This document shows positions 47,760 to 57,705 of a stretch of 64,000 nt of DNA, one piece after another. The DNA comes from Coraliomargaritaceae bacterium (GTDB lineage Bacteria > Verrucomicrobiota > Verrucomicrobiia > Opitutales > Coraliomargaritaceae), in contig CBFHKU010000002.1 in assembly GCA_965656495.1 (NCBI GenBank), positions 96,001 to 160,000 of the forward strand. Reading direction: 5' to 3'. Both the position numbers and the translations under genes were made by a program. The notes below the pieces were generated by a model. That model searched no databases. It saw only the letters and a program-made list of their open reading frames with translations, and was not told the origin of the DNA. How positions within the stretch are numbered: the stretch's first letter is position 1; each line of letters opens with the position of its first letter.

Positions 47760-47898
47760 CTAGAGCATTCTGCATTTAGTCTGAAGGTGTGGGTAGGGTT
47801 CGATATCCTTATCGAATCGCGACTGTATTCCCACGGAGCGTTAAGGATAACGCTCCCTACCAGCGATGACTCGTCAACTTAAGTGCAGAATGCCATAG
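47760..47898. mobile_element. MITE-like element enclosing an inverted pair of GTAG-type REP hairpins (REPIN-like)
   Basis: Terminal IRs share a GCATTCTGCA core (19/25 ungapped match). REP1 GTAG-GGTTCGAT-ATCCTT-ATCGAATC at 47793-47818; REP2 (minus) GTAG-GGAGCGTT-ATCCTT-AACGCTCC at 47860-47835. Confidence 0.7.
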
Positions 47899-47921
47899 CA
47901 ACTATTCTTCAGAATCACAGC

Positions 47922-48110
47922 CTACTTATTCCCCAAAATTCGGATTCCATCCTTCTCTCCCGGAAGCCGAGTTGCCACCTGCTTTTTATTAAGCCAATTG
48001 CTTGGGTTCTCCCAGCTCGAATCAACGCCGCGTTTAAATCGGAAGATGTCCGCTGAAGCGGTAGCCACGGCGAGCGTTACCAATAGTCCTAGAAGGCGGT
48101 GCGTTGTCAT
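47922..48110 (-). pseudogene. Truncated N-terminus of a secreted protein
   Basis: Good signal peptide and SSWENPSNW motif, typical of the start of larger secreted proteins; ends after 62 aa next to the MITE. Confidence 0.5.
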
Positions 48111-48279
48111 TTTTCAAGTAGATGGCGAGTAATTCACAAATACTACCCACACGCATACCACAAAAAAGAAGAAACGTTTAATCCATGTGATAGAATAGCG
48201 ATTCAAATCCATTTCCCTCAGGACATATCCCCTAATTGATTCGTTTGAATGATTAAGACGCCGATCAATCCGGCGCGAC

Positions 48280-51200
48280 TCAATTGGCCACCTTCAGGCG
48301 GACCGGCCCCAATAACCCAGCTTTACCCAGCTGGTCATCTTTCTCAAAGATCGGGCAAGTCGCGAAGGTATAGCGATTCTGCTCAGGACGTGGCGTGCCG
48401 TTTTTCAACCAATCCGGCACCGCGCTCAAGATCCCCCGAGTCAATTCAAAGTCCATCGGGTGTTGCTGGTCGCCAATCATTCGATTGCGCCAGAAATTAA
48501 TGACCTCAATCTCCAGCATGTTCTCGCCCGCGATAATGTGGTCTGTGATATCAGCGGCAAAAGGTGGTAACCACGCAACACCGACTTCTTGGCCATTAAG
48601 GATCACTTTAGCGACATCTTTAACGTCTCCCAGCTCAAGCAGTAAGCGCCCATCAGTCGGTTTTTCTATGTCCAAAGTTTTACGGTAAATCGCTTTTCCA
48701 GAGTAATACTGAATCGCCTCCTCCGGACGTTGATCCCATGAATCCAATGCATCAAACGATGCCTGTTCGGGTCCGCCCCATACTGGGTCAAACGAAAGCT
48801 CCCATGGCCCAGTCACCTCTTTGAGCAGTGTTTTATCTGTAGTTAAAAGGGGTGCAGGCTCAACTGAATCAGCTGGCTTAAATACCACAAACTGTGATCC
48901 GAGTTTTTCAAATGGAATGGAAATCAGCGTGCGTCCGTTGGCTTCCTCGAATGGAACGGAATAGATGTAACCCGTTGCTGGGTCCCAGAGTTGTGGCGTT
49001 TTACCACTCACACGAAAACTGCAATCAATGGTTTCCGGCTCTAGAAGATGGCTATTCACAAAGTAGATATCGGTTTCACCATCTAAGCGGTGAATATATT
49101 CAATCGGATCATTTGCCGTATTATAGGCCTTCCACATCGGCGACTGGATACGAGTGAAGTCCACCTTGAAATCGGGCTCTAGGCCGAGCTGCTGTTCGAT
49201 TTCAGCAAAATTGGCCGCTTCAAAAACACGCCCCTTTCCATACTGACCATCATTCCAAAGCTTATCCGCGAGCGCTTGTAGTTGCTCATCACTCTCGGCC
49301 ATCCCACCCGTCAAACCGGGGGTGCGAACCGGCTTAGGCCCGACAACCGTCGCACCAGATTTGACCAGCTTTTCGATCGATTGAAGCACATGCAGCGGCA
49401 TAGTTTGATTATTGGGCAACTGCAGGAAGCGATAGCTCATGCCATTCGGACAGACGATATTACCCGCGGCATCGACCTCGAACAGATCGGTAATCGCACC
49501 GGTATCACAACCATCGAAGTCATAACCTGCTGGCACATTACCGGGTAGTTTATCCCGAAACGGCAGAGTATTGGGAATGTCATCCCCGACGTAATAGACG
49601 AAGTCGCCAACAAAGCGGCCGGAGCGCAGCAAGGCTTCACATCGAGCAAAGTAAGCCGACAGCTTGTCCATATGCTCCCACCAAGTGTTCGTATGCATAC
49701 CGTCAATCGGTCCATACGGCCCCCATGTCAAACCGGGCTTGATGGAATCGTCCAGCGGTTGGAGGCAGGTGCCATGTAGCGAAACCGTAGTGAGCCCCCG
49801 GCAAAAGGCAGCATCGGCAATCGCTTTCATACGTAGCGGTCCAAGCATGTTGTGCGCATAGGAAGTGAAAGATTCGCCGATTATTTGCTGCTCTTCCGGT
49901 TTGATTTCGTTGTAGAGATGCACCGCAGACGAGCCATTTTTGATATCCTGACGAATGCTGTAATGCGGATATTCGGCTTCGACCTCGCGTTTCGATTGCA
50001 CCCAAAATTCGCCAATAGGCACATCCACCTGCTTCTGGTAGTTGACCGCATCATACATGAACTGCTGAGCTCCGCCATTATCGCCATAAGAGCGAAGGCC
50101 ATCCTTGTGAGCCAGCCGAGTGCGTTCGCCCATGTAGTTTTCCGCCATCAAATCGGCAATGGTTCGGCGAAAGTCGCGTAGAAAACGCTCGGATGCATCG
50201 AAACTGCCCAACACATATCCGCCGCATAGAACGGGAAGATAAGGCTTCAATGAATAGCCGCGACGAGCCTGGAATTCTTCAGACATCCGCTGCGTCCAAT
50301 TCTGCGTTTTGCTTTCGTAGCTCTCCGCATAGATCGCCATCGGCTGATGTTCAATGCCTTCAGCACGCGCCATTTTGACGATACGTCCGACCAAGTTGCT
50401 GTAGTTTACCGCAACACCTGAAGGCGAAAGTTTGTCGACCGTCATATACGGTTCATTTTTACTGCCATGTGTATATTTTCCGTTGAAAGTATATCCGATA
50501 CGTAAGATGCGCCAATCACCTTGTGGCAATTCGGCATTCAAACGGCCCTGATCGTCCAAAGCATCGGTCAAATCAATCACTTCATCGAGGGCGATGCCGG
50601 CGCTCTCATTAACAAAACCTCTTTCTTCGAATTGATTCTTCTTTGCAATTCCATTGCCATGACCATGTGGGTAACCACTCCCGTTTTTTAAATGCAGGTT
50701 GTGAATGCCAGCCTCACCACGGAGATCAAAACCAGAGAGGTCCTTAGGAATGGATCGAGCAAATTGTAATCGCACACGCGACGCACGGACCGTCTCTAAG
50801 TTGGAAGCATAAAAAGGTCGGCTCGCCTTACAATTCGTTCCGAACGACACTTCGTTACCAACAGAATTATTATTTTGATCAAAGAACTGAACCGTACATT
50901 CCACCTTAAACTTTACCCCGCTCCCCTGATGAAGGCTCATATAACTAATATCTGTCGGTTGGGATAACACGAAGTCAATATAGTCTCCGCCCTCTGCCTT
51001 ATCGCCTGCTTGAACTGTTAAGCTTTGGCCATTAAATTCGAAGGGCTTATCTTGGTAGAACTTGCTACTCGAAAAGACTTCAACACCCTGAGCCAAAGAG
51101 ACATCATTCGACAATGCGGGTAGCGCGAGGCAGGCGACATCTCGATAGTAAGACTCACGCGTGAGCGGCTGCGAGAGTTGAATGTTGTTTAAGCGACCGC

Positions 51201-51639
51201 CGCCGACGATCTGTTCAGTGTGCACCAGAATCTTCATCGCGTCCTCCAACTCGACCCATGGCCCACCATCAATGTCCCAGAAAGGTGCACTCAGCACGGC
51301 GATCTGCATATCTTTCTCCTCAGCTTCACGGAAGAGATGCAGCAACATCTTGTCCCATTCGGGAGTATTGTAATGCGCTGGCTTTGAAACCATATCTTGT
51401 GGCACCCAAGAACCAAGTGAATGAAACAACTGATACCCCTTGCCACCCTCTTCCTTAAAACGCTCCATATCGCGCGTGATCGCTTCCTCAGTCACGTTTC
51501 CGCTCATCCAACCATGATAGCGCCAGATGCCATACTGCTCAGGAGCCGTCAAAAATCGTTCATTTGGCTCAGCCTGGCCATAGGCCACGCTGGAGAGTAT
51601 CAGGGATATCAAGATTTTGGTTACAGGTTTCATTTTCAT
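48280..51639 (-). CDS. GH106-family alpha-L-rhamnosidase-like glycoside hydrolase
   Basis: HGWMSGNVTEEAITRDME, GGPWV, ESYE..QNWT..EEFQARRGY, DFRRTIADL, DVPIGEFW, ESFT, and C-terminal YYSG/LEIEVINFWRNRMIGD/GLLGPVRL. Likely start 51639. Confidence 0.85.
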   Translation of the reverse strand: MKMKPVTKILISLILSSVAYGQAEPNERFLTAPEQYGIWRYHGWMSGNVTEEAITRDMERFKEEGGKGYQLFHSLGSWVPQDMVSKPAHYNTPEWDKMLLHLFREAEEKDMQIAVLSAPFWDIDGGPWVELEDAMKILVHTEQIVGGGRLNNIQLSQPLTRESYYRDVACLALPALSNDVSLAQGVEVFSSSKFYQDKPFEFNGQSLTVQAGDKAEGGDYIDFVLSQPTDISYMSLHQGSGVKFKVECTVQFFDQNNNSVGNEVSFGTNCKASRPFYASNLETVRASRVRLQFARSIPKDLSGFDLRGEAGIHNLHLKNGSGYPHGHGNGIAKKNQFEERGFVNESAGIALDEVIDLTDALDDQGRLNAELPQGDWRILRIGYTFNGKYTHGSKNEPYMTVDKLSPSGVAVNYSNLVGRIVKMARAEGIEHQPMAIYAESYESKTQNWTQRMSEEFQARRGYSLKPYLPVLCGGYVLGSFDASERFLRDFRRTIADLMAENYMGERTRLAHKDGLRSYGDNGGAQQFMYDAVNYQKQVDVPIGEFWVQSKREVEAEYPHYSIRQDIKNGSSAVHLYNEIKPEEQQIIGESFTSYAHNMLGPLRMKAIADAAFCRGLTTVSLHGTCLQPLDDSIKPGLTWGPYGPIDGMHTNTWWEHMDKLSAYFARCEALLRSGRFVGDFVYYVGDDIPNTLPFRDKLPGNVPAGYDFDGCDTGAITDLFEVDAAGNIVCPNGMSYRFLQLPNNQTMPLHVLQSIEKLVKSGATVVGPKPVRTPGLTGGMAESDEQLQALADKLWNDGQYGKGRVFEAANFAEIEQQLGLEPDFKVDFTRIQSPMWKAYNTANDPIEYIHRLDGETDIYFVNSHLLEPETIDCSFRVSGKTPQLWDPATGYIYSVPFEEANGRTLISIPFEKLGSQFVVFKPADSVEPAPLLTTDKTLLKEVTGPWELSFDPVWGGPEQASFDALDSWDQRPEEAIQYYSGKAIYRKTLDIEKPTDGRLLLELGDVKDVAKVILNGQEVGVAWLPPFAADITDHIIAGENMLEIEVINFWRNRMIGDQQHPMDFELTRGILSAVPDWLKNGTPRPEQNRYTFATCPIFEKDDQLGKAGLLGPVRLKVAN

Positions 51640-51705
51640 CTCTGTTTCTGATGAATTCCAACGACACGAGGGACCTTGCAAAAATCAAACCGTCGAGGAC
51701 TCAAT

Positions 51706-51770
51706 ATTTTCTCATACTCTGAAAAACATAGCTTGGGTTTTTCCGCCAGAACACTGGCGATTTCGGACAA
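51706..51770 (-). promoter_or_regulatory. Regulon promoter cassette, copy 6 (internal promoter before the GH106 gene)
   Basis: Minus strand TTGTCC(51770)-N15-CTGGCG(51749)-N7-CCAAG(51736)-N17-TGA-GAAAAT. Confidence 0.75.
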
Positions 51771-51795
51771 ACCACGGGATCCTTCAAACCTACCC

Positions 51796-53262
51796 CTAAC
51801 GCTCTCGTTGTGGAATTTCAGTGACCTCATAGTGAACTCGGAGCTCCTGTAAACCATTCTTGAGCTTGGCCACGATCGAGGCGTATTCCGGATTGTGATA
51901 CTCGCTCTTCAATTCCTTGGGATCTTTCTCTAGATCAAACAGCTCCCACTCTTCACCCTCTGGAACGCCCACTCCATAGAAGCGGATTAGTTTGTAGCGC
52001 CCCGTAAAAACCCCTTCGTGACGGCGCACACTGTGTGTGCCAGGAAATTCGTAATAATGGTAATACAGCTTGTCGCGCCAGTCTGCAGGCGTTTCGCCTT
52101 TCAAGATCGGCACGAGGCTTTTTCCCTGCATGTCCGCAGGAATTTCAACACCTGCGATACCGAGAAAGGTTTCTGCGAAATCGATATTCTGAACTAGATC
52201 CGTATTGATCGATTCGGGTTCAATCACGCCGGGCCACTTAGCTAAAAACGGCGTGCGAAAGGATTCCTCATACATGAAACGTTTATCAAACCAGCCATGC
52301 TCCCCGAGGTAGAACCCTTGGTCCGCAGAATACATCACCACTGTGTTGTCCTCTAAATCATTATCTTTGAGGTATTGAAGTAAGCGCCCGACATTCTCAT
52401 CCACACCAGCAATGCAAGCGAGGTAGTCACGCATGTATGCCTGATACTTAGCACTAATGAGTTCTCTGCCGCTGAGCCCCGAATCAATCAGCTCCTGCTT
52501 GCGATGCGGCCAACGATCGGTCTTTAAATCCTTCTCCATTCGCATCGTAATATCGATTGACATGTCTTGCTCGTGCGCTGCAACACCTCGACCGCTGTAA
52601 TCATCGAAGAGCGTGTCCGGCTCCGGGAAAGTCATCTGAGCAAATGGCTCTCTGAAACGCTCCGCAGGAATCCAGGTGCGGTGCGGCGCTTTGAAGTGAA
52701 CCATCGCCATGAATGGCTTCGACGGGTCTCGTTTATCTTGCAGCCACTCCAGTGCACGATCGGTAATAATATCGGTCGAGTGTCCTTGATAGCTGGTTTT
52801 TCCCTTTTCGGTAATGAACTCAGGATTCTCATAACTACCCTGCCCTGGGAGCACTTCCCAATAGTCAAAGCCCTGCATATTTCCAGAGAGGTGAATTTTA
52901 CCAATCATGGCCGTCTGATAGCCATTTGCTTGCAGGAGCTTCTGGAACTGCTGCTGGTAGTGATTGAATTCACCATGGTTGTCGATTTTGCCATGCAGGT
53001 GACTGTGCTTGCCCGTCAACAGGGTCGCTCGACTCGGCGCACAGATGGAGTTCCCCACGTAGCACTTGTCAAAGCGCATGCCCTCTGCAGCAATCGAGTC
53101 GAGATTCGGTGTCAGATTAAACGGCTGGAAACGCCCTCCATACGCACCCACTGCCTGGAATGCATGGTCATCGGAAAACAGCCATAAGATATTCGGCTTT
53201 TCTGCTGCGCATACATTCGCGAGCAAGAGTAAGGTCATCACCGCAAGTAGATCGATCTTCAT
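51796..53262 (-). CDS. S1 sulfatase, GlcNAc-6-sulfatase/mucin-desulfating-like
   Basis: KPNILWLFSDDH, NSICAPSRATLLTGKHSH, HFKAPH, DQGFYLGEHGWFDKRFMYEES and YYHYYE. Likely start 53262. Confidence 0.9.
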   Translation of the reverse strand: MKIDLLAVMTLLLLANVCAAEKPNILWLFSDDHAFQAVGAYGGRFQPFNLTPNLDSIAAEGMRFDKCYVGNSICAPSRATLLTGKHSHLHGKIDNHGEFNHYQQQFQKLLQANGYQTAMIGKIHLSGNMQGFDYWEVLPGQGSYENPEFITEKGKTSYQGHSTDIITDRALEWLQDKRDPSKPFMAMVHFKAPHRTWIPAERFREPFAQMTFPEPDTLFDDYSGRGVAAHEQDMSIDITMRMEKDLKTDRWPHRKQELIDSGLSGRELISAKYQAYMRDYLACIAGVDENVGRLLQYLKDNDLEDNTVVMYSADQGFYLGEHGWFDKRFMYEESFRTPFLAKWPGVIEPESINTDLVQNIDFAETFLGIAGVEIPADMQGKSLVPILKGETPADWRDKLYYHYYEFPGTHSVRRHEGVFTGRYKLIRFYGVGVPEGEEWELFDLEKDPKELKSEYHNPEYASIVAKLKNGLQELRVHYEVTEIPQRER

Positions 53263-53293
53263 TCGGGATGCCTCAATTCTTGGGTTTACCATA

Positions 53294-55240
53294 TCAATCT
53301 TTCCCATGGCGGGCACGGAAACGTTCCTTCCAAGGCGGACGCGGTCCGAAAACACGATTCTCGAGCAACAACTTGTGCTGTCTCTGCCATTCTTCCAATG
53401 TAAGAATCAAATTATCGACCCAACGCACCTGCTTAGTAATCGTTTCCGTGCTGTTCCAGAAAAGAAGCCTTTTTTTGTAAGGAGGAGACAACTGACCGGC
53501 ACTTTGATTACGGGCTGGCACCAGAATATTTTTGGTCATGTCTACATTCAACCCTCCCTTGGCATGAAAGCGCACGGGGCTGGATGCAGTATCATGAACC
53601 ACGTTTTCGGTATAGGCGATGCCGCTGCTTCCCTGATCCGGGTAGATGCCATTATTATCCGAAGCTCCGTTGAGCGGGCTGCGTTGGATATCGTGTATGT
53701 AATTCCCTTTAACCATGGATCCCGGCTGATTTCCCAGTGTGTAAATACCACCACCGTCGCCCAGCAGGAGCATGACACTAGAGATATGGTTGCCGATCAC
53801 TTTGTTGTTTTCCGCCATGGTGGGCTCATTGCTCCACTGCCACCCCATGGAGATGCCGGTGTATGACAGGTCGCGTATCCGGTTATGTGAAATTTCACAA
53901 TCGGCTGCCAAGCCTTGCCAGACACCGACTGCGCCGGCGCAGATATGACCGACCCGTTCAATCAGCGAATCCGTAACTGTGATTCCTCTCACCTGCGCTG
54001 CCCCATCTACATCATGGGTTGAACCGATCATCACGCCATTGCCGCCGCAATCGCGGATCACGCAACCGGCAAGGATAATATCACGACAACCAGTGGCAAA
54101 ACGGGGACCATGTCCGCCAATGCACGTAAATTGAATATCGCGAAGCGATCCCTGCCGCCAAAACCGGGCAGAGAAGGCGGCTTCTCCAGCCACATCAAAC
54201 AGTTTCCGATTCTCGTCTTCCGGTATCATGATGTGACGCTGAGCCGCCTGCGCTCCATCATATCCATGCGGATGCAGATGGTATGCCACATGACGTATCG
54301 CAAACTGACTGAAATAAAGATTAACAACCGGTGCTTCAGCAGTGCCCACTATGTTAATCAGGCTGCTTGTCCGAGGAATAACCAGTTGGGTCTGCGAAAC
54401 CTTTTCTCCTGCCCGTGGGCGATAAACCAGCTCGCGCGTCAAAGCATCCACCGCCCAGTCGCCTGGCCGGGCGATAAAATCGGGATGTCCCTCAAACCAG
54501 CAATTAAATCTCTTAATGCGCTCGGTGGCAGCCATCGTGTTATGACGATTTTTTTGACCTTCGATTGCCCTGAAGCGTGTTGGACTAGCCAACTCCAGCG
54601 CGGAGCCTTCCGCATTCACTACCCGTTGACGAAACAAGGCCCAGTCCTTCATTACAGCCACTGTGAATCCGGATTTCGGCAACGGCGCCTCTGGGACATT
54701 CAGCAGATGCAGTATACTGTGGTTTGACAGCCCTTTGATCTCCCCATCCGTCTGATGATCCAGCCGAACCAGCGGAAGCATCGGTTTCTCGGCATCCGGC
54801 AAAGGCCAACGGGCAATCTGTGCCCACTGATCATTTACGTAAAGCTGTTCCGGAAGCGGACCGTCGGGCAGCGGGACCCGCCAGTCACCAGTTTTACTGA
54901 CCGAAATATTGGATAGCAAGATCCCCCCACTGATCACAGTATCCGCTTCGCCCACCCACCGCGTATAGCCGTCCCTCGAATCCAGCAACAGCGGATCTAT
55001 CAGGTGATGCGTGCCGCTCTTAAGATGAATGATGAAGGTTTCCCCGGGATTGCTCGAGTGCCATACCCGAGCAGCATCCCTGGCTTCCACAAGACTTTCG
55101 CCTGGAGCGACAACAAGAGTCTCTACCGCCAGCGTATCAATCAATGGGTCCACCACCTCTGCGGGTTGTTTTTCTGCGGCCCATACATTTGCTAGTAAAA
55201 GCAACGTAGTGAGACACAGTAGTTTGAGTTGGATCTGCAT
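53294..55240 (-). CDS. Right-handed parallel beta-helix glycosidase (GH141-like)
   Basis: EQLYVND..ARWP, PGDWA, ISHNRIRDLSYTGISMGWQW and DGGGIYTLG..GIYPDQGSS. Confidence 0.72.
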   Translation of the reverse strand: MQIQLKLLCLTTLLLLANVWAAEKQPAEVVDPLIDTLAVETLVVAPGESLVEARDAARVWHSSNPGETFIIHLKSGTHHLIDPLLLDSRDGYTRWVGEADTVISGGILLSNISVSKTGDWRVPLPDGPLPEQLYVNDQWAQIARWPLPDAEKPMLPLVRLDHQTDGEIKGLSNHSILHLLNVPEAPLPKSGFTVAVMKDWALFRQRVVNAEGSALELASPTRFRAIEGQKNRHNTMAATERIKRFNCWFEGHPDFIARPGDWAVDALTRELVYRPRAGEKVSQTQLVIPRTSSLINIVGTAEAPVVNLYFSQFAIRHVAYHLHPHGYDGAQAAQRHIMIPEDENRKLFDVAGEAAFSARFWRQGSLRDIQFTCIGGHGPRFATGCRDIILAGCVIRDCGGNGVMIGSTHDVDGAAQVRGITVTDSLIERVGHICAGAVGVWQGLAADCEISHNRIRDLSYTGISMGWQWSNEPTMAENNKVIGNHISSVMLLLGDGGGIYTLGNQPGSMVKGNYIHDIQRSPLNGASDNNGIYPDQGSSGIAYTENVVHDTASSPVRFHAKGGLNVDMTKNILVPARNQSAGQLSPPYKKRLLFWNSTETITKQVRWVDNLILTLEEWQRQHKLLLENRVFGPRPPWKERFRARHGKD

Positions 55241-55257
55241 GCTAATTTATCAGTCCT

Positions 55258-56544
55258 CTAAAGTTCGAAGAGCGGGATTTCCATCCATTCTCCGCCTTTC
55301 AGTGCCGATTGGTGCGCGACTATACCTGCGAGCGTCATGTTGAGCGCTTCGCTAATGCCAACCGTCGGGTATTTATCCAACAGGACCGATTCGATGAAGT
55401 CGTTGGTTAGGTATCCATGCGACGCACCGTGGTGCGGGCCGTTTGCCCCAGGCGGCAAGGGAGGACGTTGAATCATTCGCTTACCAAAGATCTTGCTACC
55501 GTAGACGCGCCCCGTTTCGCCATGTGCATTCTTCATATCCCAGGCAATCGCCATCCGGGAGATGCCACCATCGCTCGTCTTAAAAAGGCCGACCTCATTA
55601 CCAAATGGATTTTTATATGAGTTATTTTCGGGTTGAAACAGTGCATTATCGCTCGTTGTCCCAAGCGCAGACACTTCCGTTAAGCGACCACCCGTAACCG
55701 AAACATAGTAGGCAGTTGCATGCGTCGGATACCACATCGGGACCAGCCCTCGACGCCAACCATCGAGATCAATATTGCCGGTTCTAGGATTATAGCTCCC
55801 GATACCCTTGTCTCCAAAACTGTGATAGTATTCACCTTCTGAATACTTAATAGCTCCCAATTTCCCCGCTTTATACTGCATTCGTGCGTTATAGTTATCC
55901 GGACGAAACGAGGAGGTTTCGTTCATCATGTAGATCTTACCGCTACGCTTCACCGCAGCAAAAAGTGCGTCGGCCTCCTTAAATGCTTTCAAGCCAAAAA
56001 CAGCCGGGCAGGCAACCGCCACATGCTTACCGTGTTGTAGCGCCATAATCGATAAGCGAGCATGACTCGGCGCATCCGTTGCAATATAAACCGCTTCAAT
56101 CTCCTTATCCTTGATCATCTCCTCACAGGATGGGTAAGTCTTCTTGGCACCCACTGCTTCCGCTAGCTCAGCACACCGAACGGGATCCAGATCCGTCGCC
56201 GCAACGACTTCGACATTCGGATGATTCTGGTAGAACCATGTCTGGCCGAATTTACAGAACCCGTTTCCGGCAATGCCGACTTTGACTTTGCGATCCGATA
56301 CCGGCTCCCAGCCCTCGCCCCAATAATTCGCCCCCTTCGATGTTTCCTCGAAGCCAGAGATGAGGTTACCATCGGCGTCTCTTGGCAGTTGCGACTTTCG
56401 CTTCTTCGACGAACCGGAATCCGCGCTAGCGTCTGAGCCAGCCATGCCGACAGCGCCTAGGACAATCCCCCACTTACCTGCCGACGACATAAACTGCCGC
56501 CGAGAAAATCCACTTTGTCCATCTTCGTGTATCTTGTGATCCAT
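55258..56544 (-). CDS. Tat-exported Gfo/Idh/MocA oxidoreductase
   Basis: SRRQFM, VGIAGNG, ATDAPSH, EGEYYH, MWYPTH and HGASH. Confidence 0.85.
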   Translation of the reverse strand: MDHKIHEDGQSGFSRRQFMSSAGKWGIVLGAVGMAGSDASADSGSSKKRKSQLPRDADGNLISGFEETSKGANYWGEGWEPVSDRKVKVGIAGNGFCKFGQTWFYQNHPNVEVVAATDLDPVRCAELAEAVGAKKTYPSCEEMIKDKEIEAVYIATDAPSHARLSIMALQHGKHVAVACPAVFGLKAFKEADALFAAVKRSGKIYMMNETSSFRPDNYNARMQYKAGKLGAIKYSEGEYYHSFGDKGIGSYNPRTGNIDLDGWRRGLVPMWYPTHATAYYVSVTGGRLTEVSALGTTSDNALFQPENNSYKNPFGNEVGLFKTSDGGISRMAIAWDMKNAHGETGRVYGSKIFGKRMIQRPPLPPGANGPHHGASHGYLTNDFIESVLLDKYPTVGISEALNMTLAGIVAHQSALKGGEWMEIPLFEL

Positions 56545-56633
56545 ACGTATCTCCTTGGGTGTTTTATCTCTCTTCTTTCATCAATGGGCCGAACTATTTT
56601 TGACTCCTTGTAGCTCGCCTGATCTGCCGTAGA

Positions 56634-57596
56634 TTACGGCAACTGGCTCGTGCCTTGGGTTTCTAAGTCTAGGTGTGATAGAATGAAGTCGGCGGCATGT
56701 TGATTGATCTCAGTCATCGTTGGGCTAGTGTCTCCGCGGAAGCTGTGCTCGCCCCCCTTCACCACTACAAATTCAAGATCTGCGCCGATCTCCTCTCCAA
56801 GCGCAGCAAAGTGTTCGGAAAGCGCAATGGGTAGAACTGAGTCTTGATCCCCGTGCAGCAAAAGGATCGGCGGTGAATCTGCCCTCAGGTGTTCGGTGGG
56901 ACTCAACAATGCGGCACGCTCCGGGTAGTCGGCTGCAAGCCCTCCTATCATCGGTATCATTCGCTGCGGTCGTTGAAAATTACTGCCCTCCAGTAATTCG
57001 GGCAAAAGGAACGTAGTCGCAGGGTAATAGGAAGCGATGCAGCGAAATTCCGGATCGAATTTGGCGAGTTTTTCGTCCCCCTCAAAGGCTGCGTTATCGG
57101 CCAGCCCCGTCATCAAAGCGAGATGCCCACCGGCAGAGCCACCCCAAACACCAATACGTTCAGGGTCCAGATGGTAGGTCGCAGCATTCGCCATCAGAAA
57201 TCGAGCCGCGTCTTTGCAATCTTCAACACTATCGATCGCAGTGGACACGCCCTTGCGGGTTAGCCGATATTCGATCGCCGCACACGCCACACCTGCATCC
57301 AACAGGCGAGCCAGAGTTTCGCGAAACACGGGCTGCAATACTTTGAATTTATCACCTCCACCCCAGCCCCCGCCGTGTGTATATAGCATGACCGGCATCG
57401 GCTCGGAGGGTGTCTCCTTCGGTAAGAATAGCCAGAGGTCGAGCGCTTCACCATCGACCGTTTTGTAGATGATGCCTTTCTCGATTCGTAAGCTGGCAAG
57501 AAACTGCTGGTCTTTGGGGTTCTGTGCGAAGGACGTGCTGACACTGAGGACGGTGAAGAATAGCGATAAACAAACGAGAATTCTGTTTTTTTGCAT
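56634..57596 (-). CDS. Secreted alpha/beta-hydrolase carbohydrate esterase (BD-FAE-like)
   Basis: HGGGW, GGSAGG nucleophile elbow, HGDQD and GGEH. Confidence 0.85.
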   Translation of the reverse strand: MQKNRILVCLSLFFTVLSVSTSFAQNPKDQQFLASLRIEKGIIYKTVDGEALDLWLFLPKETPSEPMPVMLYTHGGGWGGGDKFKVLQPVFRETLARLLDAGVACAAIEYRLTRKGVSTAIDSVEDCKDAARFLMANAATYHLDPERIGVWGGSAGGHLALMTGLADNAAFEGDEKLAKFDPEFRCIASYYPATTFLLPELLEGSNFQRPQRMIPMIGGLAADYPERAALLSPTEHLRADSPPILLLHGDQDSVLPIALSEHFAALGEEIGADLEFVVVKGGEHSFRGDTSPTMTEINQHAADFILSHLDLETQGTSQLP

Positions 57597-57705
57597 AACG
57601 ATTATTTACGAATGTATGGGTAAGCTGTCGTGATTTCGCATTAGGGCATAACTTGATTTTCCAAAATGGGCTTGGATCACCAACCTAGTTAGCTCCCTTG
57701 AACTC

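Noticed and set aside
24309..51770. TTGGCG cassette as a sigma-54 (-24/-12) promoter
   Set aside because: Sigma-54 needs GC exactly 10 nt after GG (TGGCAC-N5-TTGC). The proximal repeats have CA there, the hexamer is duplicated at 21 bp, and a sigma-70-like -10 follows at a fixed distance.
24309..51770. The repeated cassette as a CRISPR or mobile repeat
   Set aside because: Copies are kilobases apart, always upstream of and co-oriented with genes, and conserved only at spaced boxes. No array or cas genes were seen.
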